This document shows positions 59,491 to 64,000 of a DNA stretch of 64,000 bases, piece after piece. The stretch is taken from assembly GCA_905178155.1 (NCBI GenBank), contig CAJINV010000002.1:1-64000 (forward strand), in the 5' to 3' direction. Origin of the DNA: Amoebophrya sp. A120 (taxonomy: Eukaryota; Protista; Dinoflagellata). A model generated the notes under the pieces. It was not told the DNA's origin, did no database searches, and worked only from the letters and a program-made list of their open reading frames with translations. The stretch's first letter is position 1. Every line of letters begins with the position of its first letter. Both the position numbers and the translations under genes were made by a program.

Positions 59491-61899
59491 TTTAGAGATG
59501 AGTAGGGCCGGAAAATAAAACTCTAGAATTACAGTTGTCGCTGAAGAATAGTAATCTTTACGTGTCGCTAAAGAATCACAACCGTGCTGTCACATCCTGT
59601 GCAAAAACGTTTCATCCGCCCTAGATTTGTCATGCAAATTTGCATGCTGAGGATGTAGTGTAGCATGACAGAAGCCATTTTCTCCTTCTGGTTGGATAAG
59701 AGGGCAGCGGATCTGTGGCGCATTAGCTAGGAACGTCTAGTACACTGCATACCCACCAAACTTGTCATGCGTCAGCTTCACTAGAACTTCATGACTGTGG
59801 GGTCGAAACGTTTTCACACAGGATATGTCGCTGTAGAAAAAAAATACCACTGTATCATGCAAAAAATTCTTACAATTCACCACTCGTCGCAGATTAACAA
59901 CCACTAGAACAAAATGGACAGTCGCAATATCATTTTTGTCATTTCTTACGTACTAACACCTGGCTTAAGAGGACTGATGTGGAAAAAAAGAAGCAACTTG
60001 AGGATTCACAAAACCCGGGTCGCGTTCTTGGGCTCTTTTAATATCGAGATGTCTTTACTCGATTCGCGTTCTTGCTTGCTGAGTTAATACAGAGACCACC
60101 CTCAGAAGAAAAAGGCTGATATGCTCGCTGGACGACTTCTTGCTCTTTCAGGCTAGAAATACTAGGACCCGCAAGTAGAGCGGCGTGCTGAAGTTTGGAT
60201 CTTGCCTTGTGCTGCAACAGAAGATCGACCTATCGGGATGAAAGTGTAGAAGTTACTCTTTCGCGTTTAGGACAAAATACTGTCTGTGTGCCTTTGCTCG
60301 CTTTGAGCCAAAGGTTTTGCACAATTAGTTTGGATCTTCATCTTCTTCAAATAAATCAGCTTGATATTCGTGATTCCGGGCTCAAGAATCCGAGTGCTCT
60401 AGAAGATGCTAATCTTCCCTCCACCTTGACCTGTGAACCAAAACTGGCTCGATTGAAACGTGTCTACACCTCTGCATTTGTCATGCGCTCCTTCGAGGAT
60501 TCATCTATATATGGGTTTTGGTGACACTACCCTTACTCGCAAGGTATGAAAAAAAAACAAGCTCTTGATGCGTGTGAAAAAACATGCTCTTCTGAAGAAA
60601 CAAGATCTTGACCGATGATCCAGTGGTGCGAAGACGACCACACTGTGACGAAGAACAAGCGTCGTGTAGTCAGACTGCTCTCTCTCTCTCTCTCTCACTC
60701 GGCCCTTAGAGGCAAAAAAAGACAGGTATGTACAAAAACCTGAGTTGACAACAAAAACTGCTTTTCCTCCCCGCCGGAGGTGATACCGATCGTGTATTCG
60801 ATACGACGAGTAACCGACCGCCCACAACTAAAAGTTGTAGATCCTGGATGCAACACGGATAGAACAGAAGATCCCAATATAGTGGCTGAGAATTACATTG
60901 AGATGGTACAACTAGAACGGTCCACAGCCCAATTGTTACACACCATGAGATGGAACGGTGCTTGAGATTTCGGTGCGATTCTAGTGGCAGAGAGCCTTCA
61001 CGATTCTAGTGGCAGGTCTTAACGGTGCTCGTACGCATGCAGTGCGTTATTTTCAGCGTTTTTCTCAACAGTGTTTTCAGTTTTTGTAGTTTTCTCGGTG
61101 TTCTTAGTATACAGTAAAACAATATTTGTATTTCTACGACCTTGAATACAGTCTCGTTTGTACAGTACTTGAATAAGTAAATATCTCTTGTTCATCTGTA
61201 GTCTCACATCGGACGGCACTAGCGCCCGAAACGCGGGGGCTGAAGTTGGTATCTGTCATCTGCTATACTGTTAGCGGTCTGGTTCTTTGCTAGATGCATT
61301 GCTGTGCTCGTTTACGCAAACGGAGGAGGACGAGGTAGGGGAAAATTATTGCTCGGGGTCACTTCTTATTTTTGTACATTAATGTTTAATTTTACAACAG
61401 CCTATAATAAATTGGATACGTCCTCTGCTCGAGAAGCGCAGCTTCTTTGGTGTATTAGTGTATTCAAGTTTAATTTGACAGCTGAGCTTGGTGCTTTGTA
61501 CGTTGAATTGTAATATTAAAGTCGTCGAAATCGAATACGAGTAAGTGCCAGGTCTGCATTGTAATGAGATGTTGTTCAACATGATTTGAAATAAACCGGA
61601 GTTTTACGTGCTGATGGAGTGTTGAGACTCCACTACTTTTTTCGATAAAAGTCTCTTTAGCTGTAAAACAGCGGCTATCGTGAGGAAAAATCCCCCCTCC
61701 CCATATTGACGCGGTAGGTTTTCGAAAATTTCTTGTGTTGCTGATTTGTGGCCACAAATCGCGTCTGTCTTGCAAGACGGCAACTCCACCGGCTCTGCCG
61801 CATTATGCAGGCGGTTTGTCATGCTGCTAGGCCTACAGTACGGACGTTTTCCATGCTAGGTGCCTGGGTTAAAGCTTCTCTGTCTCTACTCAGGTTGGA

Positions 61900-63700
61900 T
61901 ATGGGTCTGCAGTGGTCTCTAGCAAGACAAGTCTCTTTTGTGTACTCAAATCCAGCATCAGAAACTTCGTTTTGATATGGGGAGGGAGGATTTGTCCTTT
62001 TGATAGCGGCCTCCCCGCCTCGTCCGAGAGGTTCATCGTCGCCCCGCTGTCCAGAGTCATGCCGTTCCCCGCCGCCGGTTTACTGCCGAATAGCTGTACC
62101 AGGGAAAGACGTCACGCTAGTATGTCGCACAATTGTCAATTGCACTTCTGGCACCGAGGCGTACATGTCGTTCTGCATGACAAATTCCGTCGTCTTCGCA
62201 CGACAGCAGCAAAAGGAACATGATCACGTCAACTTTCGTCCTAGACGCGGGCACAGTTGCAATGCATATCTAAGACTTAGCCCAGTCAACGTGCAAATTG
62301 TATCAAACGGGAGAGCGCAGTTGTTGTACAAAAAGCATGACGGTTTTATTTTGGTTCCTTTCTCGTAAAATTCGTTTCTGGATTTTGGACAAAAAACCAG
62401 ATTTTTCCGCGATGGGTTCCTTCTTGGCCCCGATCAGCTGCTGTTGTGTTTTCGGAAAAGTACTCTTATGTTTCAGAATGAATCATACCACTTTTTGTTT
62501 CTCATGCATAACTAGTACTGACAAATAGGTCGGTGAAGAGATGAATCTAAGGGATTTACCTTCTGTGCGTTCAGGTTCATCTGCATCAGAAAGAATGGAA
62601 CATCACGAAGACGCTTTCTCATGATGAGAATGGAAATTTTCTTGGACACTAAGTAATTATACACACTGCACTTACCACCTGCGGATGCTGATGCTGCTTC
62701 ATGGTCCAGGCGTGGTATTCCGACTTTATCCACTGCAAGGAGGTCTGGGTGTGGGGGACTGCGGAACTGCATTGCACATTTGGAATGAAGCCAAAATGTG
62801 TGATGCACGAAGCAGAGGAGCGGCAGTTGTCTGTCATGCAAGAGCGCGATTTCCCATTTTCAAGCAAGCTGTCGAATCTTTTGTGCTATTCATCAAAAAA
62901 GTCCTCCTCTTTCGCTAGGTGCGAAAATTCGCATTTCGTGGAGCAATTCTTCACATATAAGTAAAACGCGCTTATCCCAAACCCAGGCGTATTTTCAGTC
63001 GATATAGATGCTGGAGAAGTTGTGGCCTTTCGGCGGGGAATATCAACTGCAAATATGTCTGGGCCTGGAAGAGTGCTAGACTTGTCATGCAGGTTTTTCA
63101 TGACCCATGAGGTCTGGTATGTAGGACATAGCATGACAGATTCTGTGATAGATCTATGATGCCTGTTCTGCATGAGAACAAACTGCGACGTCTCGCTTAG
63201 GTCACAAGTGCTTTTGGTAAATCAAGCAACACAGATTTTTACATGATTCAGATTTAGCATGACAAGTTCCAACCTTGTTCCAGACCCAGAGATATTTGCA
63301 ATGCATAGGGAACTCTGGATCCCGCCATACTTCTTGTTTCCGCCGAAGCCCGAAGCAGAAGAGGTACCTGTTTGAAGTCAAATTTGACTTTATTCATGAT
63401 GAGTTTGTCATGCAGGAATGCTGCTTTTTTGAATCCTACTCAGATGTCCGAAAATAAAACGATTCCGGCTACAACGGCCTCTAGCAGCTTAGTACCGGTG
63501 TGGTGCGCTCCGGCTTGCGCAAAATTCGACGAGTGGCCATTGTACGAGTGGGAGGAAAAAGTGGTCTTCCCGTGCGGCACCATCGTCGCTGAAGGAATAT
63601 CGTTGTTGCAGGTATACTTATACTTGACTGTATCCGATTCCAGTTGATCGACAAGTTCGCACTTGTTGGTACAATGGAGCGCCAACTTCTTTTCGCTATG
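61900..63700 (-). CDS. Multi-exon hypothetical protein fragment(s), unresolved
   Basis: Protein-like exon ~63445-63665 (ELVDQLESDTVKYKYTCNNDIPSATMVPHGK...) and short exons between introners. Confidence 0.3.
63041..63307. mobile_element. Introner, family A
   Basis: TIRs; perfect TSD GGGAA. Confidence 0.9.
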
Positions 63701-64000
63701 TGCAAAGTAGTACGGTGCTATCACAATCACAACAAGAACGGGCATAATATTGTAAACATTACATGATGAAAGAATGCTAAAATATTGCTTAAAGCGTATC
63801 GATCTGCGTCTCGTGCTTTGTGACTGTGTGATATAAAAGTTCTTCTTCTTTCCCAGAAAATAATAGATGCGGGAGAAAATACCGGAATTGGTGTGCAGCT
63901 CCTTTTGCTCGGGAATTCGTTGTAAAAGTGCAAAAATCTTCCACTCTCCCCACCTACAAGCCTTCTGTTGGCTAAGTAATTGGCTATGTATAATACCTAG

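Noticed and set aside
1-64000. rRNA, tRNA or dinoflagellate spliced-leader copies
   Set aside because: None recognised by eye; only short TGAGCCAAA partial matches (55743, 60304). A covariance-model search is needed to exclude them.

Overview
Eukaryotic nuclear DNA that looks like a syndinian dinoflagellate (Amoebophrya-like); the taxon is inferred from genome features, not from a search. Every host gene I could reconstruct is on the minus strand. These genes are broken into short exons by more than 40 small (about 140-370 bp) TAT...ATA terminal-inverted-repeat (TIR) elements from at least six families. The elements behave as non-canonical introns (introners): removing the element plus one copy of its ~5-bp target-site duplication (TSD) repeatedly restores a sensible reading frame. 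The reconstructed frames read through TAG/TAA (Gln-like contexts) and probably TGA, which points to a reassigned genetic code. The standout feature is an 8.4-kb DNA transposon (45987-54383; TGAACCAGTA TIRs, TATG TSD). It encodes one 1386-aa protein that fuses an RSF1010-RepB'-like archaeo-eukaryotic primase domain to an HHCC zinc finger and a retroviral-type DDE integrase, and it sits inside an introner of a kinase-like host gene. Also present: two further non-coding TIR elements, hairpin-rich satellites, two introners only 1 nt apart in the inferred mRNA, and a probable new intron flanked by a 57-bp exon duplication. Gene boundaries and exact splice registers are manual inferences and need RNA-seq.
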